Program-made: the position numbers and the translations under genes
Part shown: one piece after another, positions 13,545 through 28,059 of the stretch
Numbering within the stretch: the stretch's first letter is position 1
Layout of the letters: each line of letters opens with the position of its first letter
Notes under the pieces: generated by a model
Told to the model about the DNA's origin: nothing
The model's input: only the letters and a program-made list of their open reading frames with translations
The model's database searches: none
From: Paramecium tetraurelia
Taxonomy: Eukaryota
Assembly: GCA_000165425.1 (NCBI GenBank)
Contig: CT867994.1
Location: forward strand, 186,001 to 250,000
Direction of reading: 5' to 3'
Length of the DNA stretch: 64,000 nt

Positions 13545-13689
13545 TCTTTAGGATTAAACAAAATTTTATTAAAAAGATAAATCATTCTAAAATGAAAATA
13601 TTCTATAAACGAATTTATGAAGATTAAGAAAATTGAAAGTTAAAATTATATTTTTTTTATACTGATTAGAATAAATATAACATTTAAAA

Positions 13690-15279
13690 TCAATCTCTAA
13701 GAATTCTATCATTATATGCTTCCAAACCCATATTGAAAATTTAAGATAACTATTATTCATTAAATTAATTTTGATGCTGAACTGGCTACTGATAAGGATA
13801 TTACCAACAATAAGGATTATAATATGGATACATTACAGATGGATATTAGTAAGATTGCCCTAATTTTGGGAAATATGTAGGTTTCTATTCTTATTATGGT
13901 TTCTCTTCGCCTTTGAAGGAAAAGGATGATTGGTAAGATTCATCTGATGTATCTACTGTAATTGTTTTTGTGACTTTTTTTACTTTCTTCTTAGGAAAAT
14001 ATTCTTCCTTTTGTTGATTTCTTGCTATTTCTAATTTTAAATAGTCATCTAATTATTTTTATTTTGAAGGATTATTTTTCTACTTTTTGTTATAATTTGA
14101 ATTAATTCCTGAATAGTTCATTTATTATTATTATACTTATTGCTTCATATCTTTAGCCATCTTTCTCTTATCCCTTAGTTATTTATTAAATTCAATACGA
14201 TCAGCTAACATCCTCATTAATGGTTCATTATCATCCGGCATCAATTACTTTAAAATAGATGCAACAATTTCAAAAGTACTTTAATTAATTTAAGTTTGTC
14301 TTCTTATATTTTCAAGCAATTAAATTGCAAACATATGTGATTGAGCTAATAATTGATTTTAAGAATAGTTATGAAATCTTTTTATGACTCCTGTGAGAGA
14401 GAAAGTAGCTTCATTATCATTTATTTCAATAGTCGCATTTATTTTCATCATTTGTTTGAGTACTTAAAAAAGAATGGATAGAAATTCTAAAAATTACTCA
14501 TCAGCTGCTTCTAATATATTTAGATCTGTAAATTCAACATCCAAATCATTACAATTAATTAATTCTAGCAATCTTTGACATATCTATTCCATTTGGCATT
14601 TTGAAAATTCCATCTGTCTGTTCTATTAATTTATTGAATTATCTTGATTCTAGAATTAGGATTAGTTTTTTAAATCATGTAATCTTTGGACTAAAAGTGG
14701 GGCAATTTCAAAAAGAACGTTTTCAGCATCTGTTTCATTGTTTGTTTATGAAACTCTCTTATAAAATTGATTCCACCAAGGGTACTTAATGCAAAATCCT
14801 TTCAAATTTTCAACCAAATTACTTATACTGATTCCTATAGTCAGGGGTATATTTCTTTATAGATCTTCTGATAATTATGGAATGTTTTGTGTTTGGATGT
14901 TATTTTTTATAAATCTCCTCTCAAATTCAGTGGAATCATTTTGAACTTTTTAATCATTTTATGGTAATTACCTTTTTTCATTATTTTCTAGGATTTATTA
15001 CAAAATATTCTGGATTTCTTCTTAGGAATACACTTCTTTAATGAAATCTGTTTTGCTGCCTTAGACTTCAAGTATCTAAAATATTTTAGGGATTTCTTAT
15101 GGAAATCTAGTTAAAAGGAGCAATGAAATAGTTTTAATTTTTGTCTACCATTAATCTTTTGGTATTGTTTTACTGAAAGAGCCCAATATGACATTGATAT
15201 CGAATTTGCATGATTTAATTAAACTGTGAGTTCTGCAATCGTAAACAGAATTTGAGTCAATGATGATAATTGGTTACAT
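13690..15279 (-). CDS. Hypothetical protein
   Basis: Long code-6 frame MQPIIIIDSNSVYDC... with short introns; Y/P/Q-rich C-terminus; TGA at 13690. Confidence 0.7.
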
Positions 15280-15373
15280 ATATTTAAAAAAAAAGAAGGA
15301 AAAAGCAAAATAGAATTATTATTTTAATAAAATCCTGTTTATTTTTATTTTTAAATATTTAAAAATAATAATT

Positions 15374-16720
15374 TCATATTCTAAATCCAGATTAATAACT
15401 TGAATTTGGTTATCCCTATCTTATAAATTGAGAATCTCCTTATTTTAATAAGAGACCTTTTGGAATGAATTCTCCTACTTATTGCAAATGTTCTTGAAGA
15501 ATACGATTTTTTTCCTCCTCAACCACTAATTATTTATAAGCCTCTTCTCTTCTCTGCCTTTCTAATTATTCAAGTTCCTTTTGCTTTTCCATCTAATACA
15601 TTTCTAATTTCTATTGCCACAATCTTTCAACTTCCCTTTTATGTTCCACTTCCTTCATTCTTCGTTTTTATTATCCCAACTATTCTAATTTATCATCTTC
15701 AGCAAACTTCCTCATCATTTGATCTCTGAAATCTCTTTCCATCTATTATTCCTCCTCCTTCTATCTCTACTTTCTTAATCGTGCCTCCTGTTCAGCCTAC
15801 TGCATCTCTCTTTTTTAAAATTCCCTCTTATTAGCTTCATCAATATCTTTTTATCTCTACTATGCATCATACTATTCTTAATAAAGTTGAAATCTGAGTT
15901 CAGTTAACAATTCTGCCTCTTATCTCCTTCTCTCCTCTTCTTCCTTTAATTTTTGAAATATTTTATCCCTAATTAAATTGTTGAGATTAATGTTTACTTG
16001 GCTGCATTCTCTTCCTACTTTTTAACTTTGATTTCATGAGCCTATCTATCTTTCTCTTTCATAAAATCCAAATATTTCTAATTCTCCTCTCTCTCCCTTT
16101 ACTTCATTCTATAGATTAATTCAGCTTTCTCCCTCAAAGCATTCTGCATGTCTGAGAAGGCTATCTTCTTCTTTTTTGCCTGATCCTCTATAAATTTGCG
16201 ATCTTCACTTATTAACTGTTGAATAACTCTATTGACTTGATCCTTCTCGTAAATGTATTATTCTTTGGCTTCATCTCTCAATTGCTCATGTTCTTTCATT
16301 TATTTTTATAATGTCTATTGATGATGATGGATTCAAATACATATTTTCCCTCTAATCTCTATTGTAGTCTAAATTTCTCCTTAGACCTTTCTTCTTCTTG
16401 TTCTCTTTTCAGTTTTTCTAGAATAGCAGCTTCAATCTCACTTTCTTATTTCTATTTTTGAAAATATAACTGACTATATATACCAACTCTTAAATTCTTC
16501 TCAATTACTACTCAGCCAATTGTTAAGTTCTCTCCTTGGTCACATATGCAGTCTAAACTTTTTATTTAAGTAGTTTGATTTCTTCACTCTCGGCACAAAT
16601 TCTTTCGATTTCCCTTCTTTTTTTTTCCTCCTCAACTTTCCGTTTCTACAACTCTCTAGCCAGTTGATCTTCCAAGGAATAGGGATCTGTGATGGGATTT
16701 CTATTCGAATTATGAATCAT
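15374..16720 (-). CDS. MNS1: Meiosis-specific nuclear structural protein 1 (axonemal coiled-coil protein)
   Basis: SEEIKLLKQKVQTAYVTKERTQQLAE and C-terminal EEEKNRILQEHLQQVGEFIPKGLL match the MNS1 signatures. Confidence 0.85.
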
Positions 16721-16747
16721 ATGATAAATAATGTTAATTATAATATT

Positions 16748-18196
16748 TCATTTTAAAACACCAGCTTAAATAAGTGGGAGTAGATTAGCATTAGGCAAAC
16801 TTTGATTCCTATGTTTGTTCGGTCTAATCTTGCGTTTATTTGGAGATAACTCCTCCAGTATAGGAAGCTTTTGATTTTCCAATGAGATCTTAGATTACTG
16901 CTGAGTGATCACATCCAATAAACTCACCTCCTCTTGACTAGAATGTCTATTCGGTCGAATCTTCATTATTGGTTTTCGAATTTGCTAAATCAATTTCAAA
17001 TTTCTCATACTTTGTTCTGGTATTCGAGTATCATAAGAACTTCAGGCTAAGGCTTTCGATTAACTACATTAACCCCTCCCTTCTCTATCGACTTCTAACT
17101 AGTAACATCCTCGTAACTACCATTCACACTCATTATTGATCGAGGATTCGGACTAGCCTGTTGTGAATGAAGCGACTTTATCTGTTTCCTATTCATAAAA
17201 TCATAACAAGGCTTGGGTAATATAGATGTAAAGTAATGGTAGTTCTTTGGAAATTTGATTGTCGATAACAAAGTATTAGGTTCACTGTCTACTTTTTCTG
17301 TTTATGATATTTCCTCTTATCTTTATAATATTGAAGGAAATTGTAAGAGTTTATCACAATTAGGTCTTAGATTTGGTTTTACTTACAGCATTGATCTTAT
17401 TACATTATTGAGATCTTGAGAGTAATGCTGAGGTATTTTTGGATAGAATCCTCGTATTACTAGCTTATACAAGTCATCCATATCTTATGCTTAGAATGGA
17501 GGATTCAATGCTGACATCTCATAGATTACGCATCCCAAACTCCAGATATCTGACTTTTGATCATAAGGTTGATCCTTCCACACTTCAGGACTAGCGTAGA
17601 AGGGAGTTCCAGTCTAAGTGTAAAGCAATCCCTTCTTTGCCACCTTTGAGACATTCATATCTCCTAACTTCACATCTCCATTTTGAGATAAAAATATGTT
17701 GGCACTCTAAAGATCAATACTTCCAATACCTTCAAATCTCTATGCAGGATTTTCAATTCATGCAGTGCTTTCAAACCTCTCACGATTTAGATCAAAATAT
17801 TCCAAATTCTCTACTCTTCGATAGGTTTGTTGCTCTTTTTACTATTCATAATATTTTGATACAAATCACTTCCATCAGCAAACTCCATCACTATACTAAA
17901 TAACATAATTGCATGTCAGCATACCATAATGAATTACTCTATAAATCAATAAAGGCTTCCTTATAACAAATTATATTAGGGTGCTTAACTGATGCTAAAA
18001 TGCGAACCTCGTTCATTGCATTCTACTTCTCTTTATCATTCAGGTTCTGCAATTTTACCTTCTTCAAAGCATATTTGTGACCATCTTCCAATCTTTTTAC
18101 TTTGTAGACTGACGAGTATGCTCCTTCTCCTAAAAATTGCTAGTTTTACATTACAATACCTAATTTCGAGAGAACTTAAAAATCCTTCAAAGACAT
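16748..18196 (-). CDS. NIMA-related (NEK) protein kinase
   Basis: [51 protein letters not shown]. Confidence 0.95.
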
Positions 18197-18944
18197 TTCA
18201 GATTATGCTATATAATTTTGTTAAATTAAATTCGTATTATCAAATCAAAAACTCAATATAAAATTATACTCTAAAGCAAATTATGTACATTTACATACAC
18301 TGACAACATATTAAATCAGCTACAATAAATTAGGAGTACATAATTATCTAGAATCATTGAGTTGTTTGTAATTCTACATAGAAATTAACATTATGATTAG
18401 ATTCTCTTTACATTAAGTAATGTATACAAGATAGTTATATTTATTAAGATCTCTTTAAATTATAATCATGATAACCAGATATTCAATTTCTGAATTCTTT
18501 TAAACTATATTCTCTTTTTATTAGCTAAGCCGTTGAAATCATTTTTTGGTTTGAATATGTATATTATCAGGAAGGAGAATAATATGAGGAAACTTTGATA
18601 TCTTTGAGTTGAAATATAGTTAAGATTTAACTTAAAAAACCTATTTTTTCAATTTTATTATTGATTTGCATCTTCTTTAAAAAGAATAGTTATTATTATT
18701 GATTTATTCAAATAAATGAATATATTTAATTGGAGATTGAATTTCTATTATTTTATTTATAAATTAATAAAAATTAACAAAAAATCTGAATTGGAAAAAG
18801 AATTTAGATATTGTTGTTTTAAATCAGTTTGGAAAAGATGTATCAGTGAAAATGCTGCGAAATATAATATAATTAATTAAATATAGCAGCATTTTTAGAT
18901 ATTTATTCATAAATAAATTTTTATTTTATACAAAAATCCTTGAA

Positions 18945-19481
18945 ATGTACAATCACTCCAATATATCGTACACCAATACAAATAGTTTAAACCGATAGGA
19001 ATTGCAAGAGTTTAGAAACTATGTGCGCAAGACAGCATAAGCTAAGATGGATGGGACAGAAGACAAATCAAGATAAATTGCAAAAACTTTTCATATGGAT
19101 CACAAAAATTTGATGTCATTAAATTAGAGTCCATTACAAAGTAAGAAGTTACATGTAGATCATGACATATCATAACATCACCATCTAGCATCATTATCAG
19201 ATTGGAAGAAATTTGATAGATCTACATCATAAAGTTATGTCTCCTTTGATGCCAATACCTGGAAAGAGGATTAAAACAGTATGAGATAAAGAAAGTTGTA
19301 AACACCATCTTTGAATGCAGCTGATTTGATCAAAGTTAACAGAACACTTTCAGGGTTGAGTACAAAAGAAATCTAAAACCTAAGTGGCCAATATTATCAT
19401 TAGATTTAAGAGTTAGAACACACAGTAAGTTCAATGTTGAGAAGAATAGATTATATATAAGCTTCCAAAACCAATTATTGA
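18945..19481 (+). CDS. Hypothetical protein (~178 aa)
   Basis: Intronless code-6 ORF MYNHSNISYTN...ASKTNY-TGA. Confidence 0.7.
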
Positions 19482-19684
19482 ACATATTATAATGATTATA
19501 TTATAAATTGAGAGATTCCAAGTTTCTCTTTCTCTATTTCGAGGTGTTTTATGAGATCTAATCATAAAGGGGATTGTCATCTACCATCTTAGATAATATT
19601 GTTAATTAAAATAATTGATATAAAATCCATAATTTAATTAAAATTTCTTTAGACCCTATTATATTAATAAAAGTAATATAAAAT

Positions 19685-20447
19685 ATGGAAAGATATTGTT
19701 TAGTTCCAGAACATTAAAACTAACCCATTATGGCTTATTGTATTTCAGAACATTGTCGAAAATAAAATAGAGCAGTTTGTTTTAAGTGTATGACTGATTT
19801 GACACATCAATAACATACTATTATCTAAACAAATTAAGAAGAAAATTTCCTATAATAGGCCAATATAAATTATAGGGACATTTCAGATAAATTAAATGCC
19901 CTAAAACAGTAGTTTTCAACTGGGATTACTTACTTAGAAATGCTTTTGGAGAAATATTACAGACCTATGCCTTTAAGTAATTTTGGAAATAAGGAAATCA
20001 CCAATAAAATAGATTGCCTGTTAAAACTTGAAAAGGTTTAAAAACTTATAAACGACAGAATAGACAACATTTTTGAGCACACCTTGAAATCAATAAGAAT
20101 TACCTGCCATGATTTGACCTAGGGTTAAGAGTTTTAAGGTATAATCAATTTTAGAATTAGGCTATGAACTCTTGTCAAAGCAAAACTATTAGGAAGCATT
20201 GAAATTGGTAGATTAAAATTAGAAGGTCGACCCCAAAAGTGCGCTTTTGAGGTTGGCTAAAGGTAATAGAATAATAAATGTATATAGCTGAGATTTACTA
20301 AAATAGTAATAGAGTGTAAGAGGCGAGATTAATTTATTAGGAGATACTACAAACAGAATAATTTAACCCTTGGGCTTCGATTGAATTAAGTATTTGTTCA
20401 TTTCTATGGGATTAGACAAACTACTTGGTTAGCAAGAGAGAAGATGA
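19685..20447 (+). CDS. Protein with an N-terminal Cys/His zinc-finger-like motif and C-terminal TPR-like repeats
   Basis: CLVPEH...YCISEHC...VCFKC...H; later YQEALKLVDQ...DPKSALLRLAK; short introns. Confidence 0.65.
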
Positions 20448-20459
20448 TTATACAAATTA

Positions 20460-22619
20460 TCAAAAATTATCATTAACAATCTATATAAGTTTTTCAATGT
20501 CAGATTAGTAGTATTTCCAGCAATCGTCCCAAAACACTTAGACAAATCCCAACTTAGTCTTTAATTCAAATGAGGCTATGTTTCCAATAAAATGTTTAGT
20601 CTTCTTCCGATGTTTAACTGCCACTGATTAATCTTAATCAAATTATTTCTCTTTTCCTGCCAAGCTATCCAATCTAGCCGAAGTGTGCTTTGTATAAACA
20701 AATTACAATGTGAATGAGCATTTCATTTATTGCATGGTGGCATAATCACGTCTAATCATGTCCATTAATGAGTATTTATCATTCTCATCCAATAAGTAAT
20801 CATTCTTATTGAAAACGATGTTGAATTTCCCGTCCTTGACTTCTTAAGCCAAAAATCTTTTATTGTATACGCCATTTTCAATTGTGATCCAGCCTATGAT
20901 ATTTTGCTTAATTAAATTGTTTAGCACTGCCTGATGCGACCACAATTCTTCCAATAGAGGATATTTTAGTCTGAGCCTATTCAATTTGAAAACTATAGTA
21001 AAATAATTTCCATTTAAATAAAATGAATGTACTCCAAATATCACAGGTAGAAATATCCCAAGAGCACAAGTGTATTCTTAATCCCATCTTTACCATAACA
21101 ATTACAATCCACTACCTTTTGTTAATTGTCTTTTCTGATCTCGAGTTATGAACTCAATCGAAATCAAATTGTCATGAGTAATAAATAACGTGCCCTTCTA
21201 TGGCAATTCTTATGATCTCAAATTGTCTATGTTAAGAGATATATCCAGCGAATTCTTGATTTGCTTCAGATTAATACCAAAGTAATCTCTGACCTTCAAA
21301 CTCAATATGTCTTGACCATAGGTAGTTACCAAAATGTGCTTGGTCTAATTAATTTAAATTGAACGCTATTGAATCTTGTTGAATTGATAATAAGTCATCT
21401 CACTATTCTAACAATACTGATGGTCTTCTAACATCTCGTAACTTGCTTGCAACAATAATATTATTTCATTGTGTCCACTATGTTCTATGATATTCTGTAT
21501 CTCAATTTATTGAATCTATGTGGATTCCTAAGGCATCAAAGGTCCCACATCATATTGTTCTAAAGAGAGATTCAATTAGTTTTGTTTCTATTACTGGTAC
21601 AACTTAATCCCAATTATGTCTTGGCCTGAAGTTTAAATCATTATATTCTGATAAGACCTATTCTATAAATCCTCACTCTATAGATTGGTTTTGTCCAGCA
21701 GTCTCTCCTAGAGAACACAGGCCTTGGGTCTAAACAAATACTTGATATGGCGATGAATGATTGGCTCGTGGAGTCGAATTATTGTCATTGACAATGTCAT
21801 TATCGCTTGGATGATTGACAATATGTTTATCAGTTCTTTATAATTCTGGTTGTAATTCAGAATTATTGGCTAATGTATATATTAAACGTTGATTACAATT
21901 AGCAATCTTGACATTACGAATAGCCAACCGTAACTCACATTTACTTTAATGTAGGTATGCAAGTATTTCCGTATGAACTTATCCATCGAAGTCTTGTAAA
22001 TTTCAGTTTACAATATTTAAGGGGAATGTCTTTACAACTTTATCAATATTATCGATAATATTATCATCAAAACACCTCTAAGGTAGACCAAAAATTGAGC
22101 AAACACATTCTAAGATTCTAAATTGCAATCTCCTAAAATGCTTGTCACTTTATAAAAAATACCTAACACCTAGATCTTGACTCAGCAAAACCAGTAAAAT
22201 TGATATTATTATTATTAAGACCACTCCCAACATGACCTCCTCCTTCAAATTAAAACTCTTATAATTCTTGACATAAATTTGACAATATAGATTGGCTATT
22301 AATACAATGTTTAATATTGCATATAACATTGAAGCTATCAAAGAAGGGACAGCTATCAACTTACAACTTCGCTCAGTAATAATCAATTAAAAACTCTACT
22401 GCTTCGGCCCATCAACAACATAAAATTGACTCAAAATCATAAACATACTCATTATCTATTATATCAATTTTCATATACAGCTTGTGATAATAGTATGCTA
22501 AACAATATCGAACCAGGGTTATGCCTTAATCGTTTGACTTTCTACTAAACAATCATGATTATCGCGCTTAGCAATATAATAATTCCATATATTATGCTCA
22601 AAGATATAATTTTTAACAT
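20460..22619 (-). CDS. 7TM (GPCR-like) receptor fused to a degenerate PIP5K-like domain
   Basis: Seven hydrophobic segments, KRLRHNPG loop, LGVSILGDC, TM7 IRLHEP. C-terminal VRDYFGI..KNSL, LFITHDNL, LPVIFGVHS, IRRD follow the PIPK scaffold. Start codon approximate. Confidence 0.8.
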
Positions 22620-23140
22620 TAAATATTAAATCTATTTTATAACATAATTTATTTTTCAATCCTCAGCAGACATTTGCAGTTGCACAATCAAACTACATAT
22701 CCTTAAAACCCATAAAAGAATTTGGAATTTATATGTTTAGAAAACAGAAACATTAAAATATTGAATAATCCCTTACAAGTTAACTTAAGGTATATTATAT
22801 TTTTCATCTTAACTGTTACAAATATGGAATTTTCTTTTGTACTCTCAAGAATTTATATTTATAAAATCCTCTAATGGTACTTAAATACTTAGATTACCTT
22901 GTCTCACTATGTCTTTCATTCTCTTTCATAAATCTTTTATTAGCTTCAAAATTTAATGTTTATCAATTGTATTTTATAATAATATTTAATGTTAAGAAAT
23001 ATTTAATATATAATTTGATATGTGAGAAATTTAAAATTGAATTTAAAGATTTAGTAACGCTTAAATTATGACGTTTACTGTAAACTTAGTAATGTATAAT
23101 AAATAGTAATATACAAATTTCTTATAAATATTATTAACAA

Positions 23141-26100
23141 TCATTCCAATAGGATGGAACTTACACTTTTTACAGGGTGCATTCTTTTATATAGGTAAAA
23201 GAAGAAAGCTATCAATATGGCTCCTCCACAGACACTCACCAACACTATCCACCAGGTGTTTGATCTAATAATAGTTAACACATAAATTACGATTCTTCCT
23301 CTATATGATAATTGATTATATAATTCAAGGATTCTGAAGTAAAGTCGTTTCTACCAGTGATATTTATGTGCTGTCGATCTTATGCTCCTTTCACAACAAA
23401 GTATACGTAGTCATTTATGCAGTATTATAAGAAAATCTAATTTTATGTATCAACCATTAGATTATTACCCTTCAAGAAAAAGAATACAGGATCCTATTAC
23501 GATTATTCAATCTGCAAGCCTGATACTATTTTTAATTATTCAAATTCAACTGATTTTATATTGAAATTAATTTTATATACTCCGATTAAGACCTTATTTT
23601 CATTCTTATAAGAAATTGAAATTATGTTATTTCCAATATCAAACCTCTATGTTTCCCAAAATCCATACTAAATGATCATGAACTCCAAAAAGGGATTACT
23701 CTCATCATCATATACAATCCTAATTCCATATGATCCAGCATTATTAGTTAGAATGAGAAATCTTAGGTTTTGAATAAAATTCTTGGAGTGATACAAAGTT
23801 TTTATAAAAATGAATGAAGTATCACTTAGAATTGAGTAATTATTTTTTTTTATGAGGTATTTTGTATCAAAAGTCTTAATGTTAAATACTACGTAATTGT
23901 TTTCTTTATAGATTCCCCGCAATATTCCCACCAGACCAGTTTTATCTAAAAGTTAAACGATGAATTCATCTCCTTCACTCTAAATAATGTCAAAATCTAC
24001 TGTATGAAATAGACTTTGTAACTTTAGATAAATTTCATTGATTTAAATTATATTCTTAATAGAAAATTAACCATTCTCAATTACAATATCTCCAATTCTT
24101 AATGTGTTTCCAGTCAAAAATACGATCTTTTTATTTATGCATCCAATCTTCTTAGTTAAACCCTCAAATTAATATAGGAATCCTAAAGGGAAACCATCAT
24201 CAACTTTAGTAATATGAAGGTAGGATTCAGTCAAACTATTGCACAACGTGTAATAGAAAACGTTATCTTAAAATGTGTATGTGCAAGTGAATTAGGGCTT
24301 AACATCTAAATTAATGAGCGAAGTTAATTCGAATTATGAATCTAATAACATAAATGATTAAGCTCCTTGTAACAATTGAGTTACATTGTTTAGGGATATT
24401 AGATTATTAAATTGCAATCCATTTGATAATTAATCATCTGTCTTTTCTATTAGATTTTGGATTGTTACTACATCCTTAATCTCACTTTCAGCAATGAAAT
24501 CTATTACCTGACCTTCATACCATTTATGAATCATAGGTATTTTCAATTCATACTTATGTAGGTGTAATTTGTTTTTGTCTTTGAGTTCCTTTTCAAGAAG
24601 TTCTATTTATGTAAATGTATTAATCTATTTTATTGATTAATGTATTTCTAAGCTCTACTTTTTGTTATGCACCTATATTATTGCTGTCATTTCCTAGATA
24701 TATCTATTATTTTATTATTCAAATTGATATGATATGATTGGATTTTAATGAATCTGTTTTAGTATAAATTCATTTTAGTATAAAATTACAAATAACTGCT
24801 TATTTGATACGAAAGGAGATATTATAATTTTTTATTTTTAGATCTTTATATTCGTAGTGCTAATTGATATTTGAAACTTTAAAGAATTATGAGCTTAAGT
24901 ATTGAACTGATACACTAGTATCTCCTACTATTCAGTTTGAATCAATAAATAATTATTTATACATTTGGCATTTATTGGTTAAAATAATTGTTATGAATAA
25001 GTAGGAATTTTATGGATCAAATACACTTCTTAGTAAAAGTTATATTCAAATATGATATTATCTTTTATTAAAATAAATGTCTAATCTGATATTGCAAGGA
25101 AATCAGTTTCGCTTATTTCAAGATTTAGGTAATATTTGATGTAAAAATCAGTAAATAAATTTGTAATCAATAAGCTGTTTTTATTATTTATAAGCATTGT
25201 GTCTCTCTTTGAATTAATGTATAATCTTTGAGGTTCGAAATTGATATTGTAAGAACACATATTAAAAAATGATTCATCAATCAAAATATAATCATCACTT
25301 TTTATTATATTTTGATAAAACCGGATTTAATTATCAAATACCAGATATAATGATGAATGATCAAATAGTACTTATTTAACAGATTTCTCAAGAACAAGTT
25401 GCTTTATTGTACTATTAGCAGTCTATAAGGAAACCGTTTTTTAAGTCTCTAACACTACAAAATAAAGTATTTTATCTATCAACTATGATTAAAAGTTGTC
25501 TTCATTAAGATTGATCTTGATTTACATTGCTGATTAAATTGTACAGATTAATTAAGTTTATATTTCGCATTTATTTATATGCAATTGTTAAGTATTTTAA
25601 AATTATTGTAGTAAATAATAATAAATATTATCGATTTTTACAACATCTTAATAGATTATTGAATCTTTGAATTAAATATTAAAAGGATAGTTTGAAATTT
25701 ATTAGATGGAACAATCTGATATACATACATAATTTTAATTTGGCCCTGATATCATCAATTACAATTCTTATTAATGAAAAGGAGATCCAATAGTAATTGA
25801 TTTATTCTCATGATCAGATATAAGTGTTTCTTAATTTTCTTATATAGTTTGCAAAGTAATAGAAGTGTTGCATGAACCATGAATATCTTTTCCTTAAATT
25901 GTAAATTACTGATATGTATTAATTGTTTCACTATCATCTGTATTTAACAGTAGGTATCCATTATTTAGTAGATAAAAATGTGAATACTCGTTTGAAAGCG
26001 TAAGTAAATAATGTTATGAGCATAAATAAGTTATAATACCTTCGCTATTGATCTTTTGGAGTAGATATCCAGAATAAATACTATAGCTTGAGAAGTATCC

Positions 26101-27090
26101 TGTGTTATGCAAAATGATATATTGTCCTGAGATGTGAACCTTGCCTTTCTCATCCACATTGAAATCCAAAGAAATAGTTTGAATATAATGTTAATGTTGA
26201 TATACTATGATTTTTTAAGTTTGAAGGAAAATCAAAAACCCATTCTCTTCATCTATATCAAAAGATATAATCTTATCTGCCTTAATTGCTGTTGCTTGAT
26301 TACTTTCATATTTGAACAGGCCCAAAGTTTAATCAAGGAAGTAAATTTCATTATTCTTTAATATTTTGTACTGATTTATCTTGAGGGATATAGATTCTTT
26401 TTATGGAAATAGCAAATGAACTGTTGAATTGTTTATCTGTGATTTAAGATCTAATTTAGTGTAATCTTCATTCCATTTATAAATCGAAAGAACTGATTGG
26501 GATTAATTGCTTTCCAATTTGTAAAAATATTTCAAAGTATTAGTAATTTAAATAGATTTTACATTGAGAAAGTTTTCAAGTTCAATCTAATTTAATAATT
26601 CTCCATTTTTATTATGGATGTACACTAAGTTTTGGGTCTCTTTTTAACACACAATAATAAAACTATCATCCTTGAAATAATCAAAATCAAAGCAATTCAA
26701 AGATAGATCTTGCTTTTCTATATATAAAACTGTTCTAAATTATGGAGTATTTAAGTTAATTTATGGATTGGAATATGTAATATTTACAGAAATGAAGTTT
26801 TCTGCCATGTATGCAAATTAATTCAGCCATTTTTTGTTGGTATTAAGTAATGGTTTAAAACTAATGGGATATGTTTATTCAGGTAATTCTAGTTTATCAT
26901 ATTCGTCGAATGGTTAGATTATGTCAAAATCTGTTTGTATTGTAGAATACACTATGTTATTGCCAATAAACACTTAAGATAAATTTAATCTTATTGTTTC
27001 ATTCTATGTAATTACATAGAGGAGCTTTTCATTCATAGAAAAGCATGCCAAAGAGATGAAAATTGGAAAAATTAAAATTTATGTTAACAT
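23141..27090 (-). CDS. Large type-I membrane protein (~1300 aa)
   Basis: Signal peptide MLTQILIFPIFISLAC, long extracellular region, TM WWIVLVSVCGGAILIAFFFYLY, short tail ending SILLE-TGA. Confidence 0.75.
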
Positions 27091-27280
27091 ATTTTATTTA
27101 AAGAATATTCTAAACAAGTTTTCAGCTAGACAGTGTGTAAATAAATCAAATTTGCTATTTCAATTTTCTCTATCTATCTTTAAATTTAGTTCCTTCTCAT
27201 GAATATTTATACAACATATATTGCATAAAAATGTAATAATTTATTCTTTGTATAATTAATCTTTTTATATCTGAGACAGA

Positions 27281-27599
27281 ATGTAGAATTCGAATCTTTT
27301 AGTTCCAGTATCAATACATTTATTTGATGGACCCAAGATAAGAAAAGTTCTTGATGAAAAATTCGACTCTAGTACTGAATTATGGGCAATTGAAGATTAT
27401 TTACGACAAACTCTTTAACTCGAGTAAAGTTCTAAATTACATGTAGTCCTCAAAATGGAATCTTATTTACCATTGGTGAAAAAAAAATTCTATAGCACAT
27501 AAAATTGAGTTAAATTGTAACTAGTTTAATTCTATATATTAATAGTCGAACATGAATTAGACAAAAGAAATAGTAATGTCTATGAAGATCTAATATTGA
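27281..27599 (+). CDS. Small ubiquitin-fold-like protein (~88 aa; possible ATG12/ATG8-like)
   Basis: With two predicted introns: VSIHLFDGPKIRKVLDEKFDSSTELWAIEDYLRQTLQLDPQNGILFTIGEK...IVMSMKIQY; the fold assignment is by eye. Confidence 0.45.
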
Positions 27600-28059
27600 T
27601 TTGGATTCTGCAATTGTGGGAAAATAATAGCATATGAAATGGAAATATATATATGAATATTTCTATACATCATTAATCTAAAATATTGCTTCAAAAGCCT
27701 AGAATGGATTTTTCAATCTTAAATAACTAATTGACCTCATTACAATAGGTTCCAATGGTCTTAATACTTTTGAACGATTTGTTTCCACATTTTCTCTTAA
27801 TAATAATATAGTCTTTTTTCTAAGTACTTCCTTTGTTAATAACAATCCAAAGATCAAATCTTATAATATCAACACTGATATCACAAACTTAATTATTGAG
27901 GTAAAATAGCAAATAATTCAAATGTGTATAATATTATGATGTATATACGCTTTTCTTTTTAATTAAATTTAAGCATCTTTTTTCTATTCCTAAATACTGT
28001 AATTAAAATCAAAAAAAAATTAAATAATCATGTTTAAAGAAAATCGAATTTATAATAAT

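Noticed and set aside
27634..27939. 101-codon plus-strand code-6 ORF
   Set aside because: No recognisable motif; minus frames are similarly open; may be debris of the adjacent kinase pseudogene
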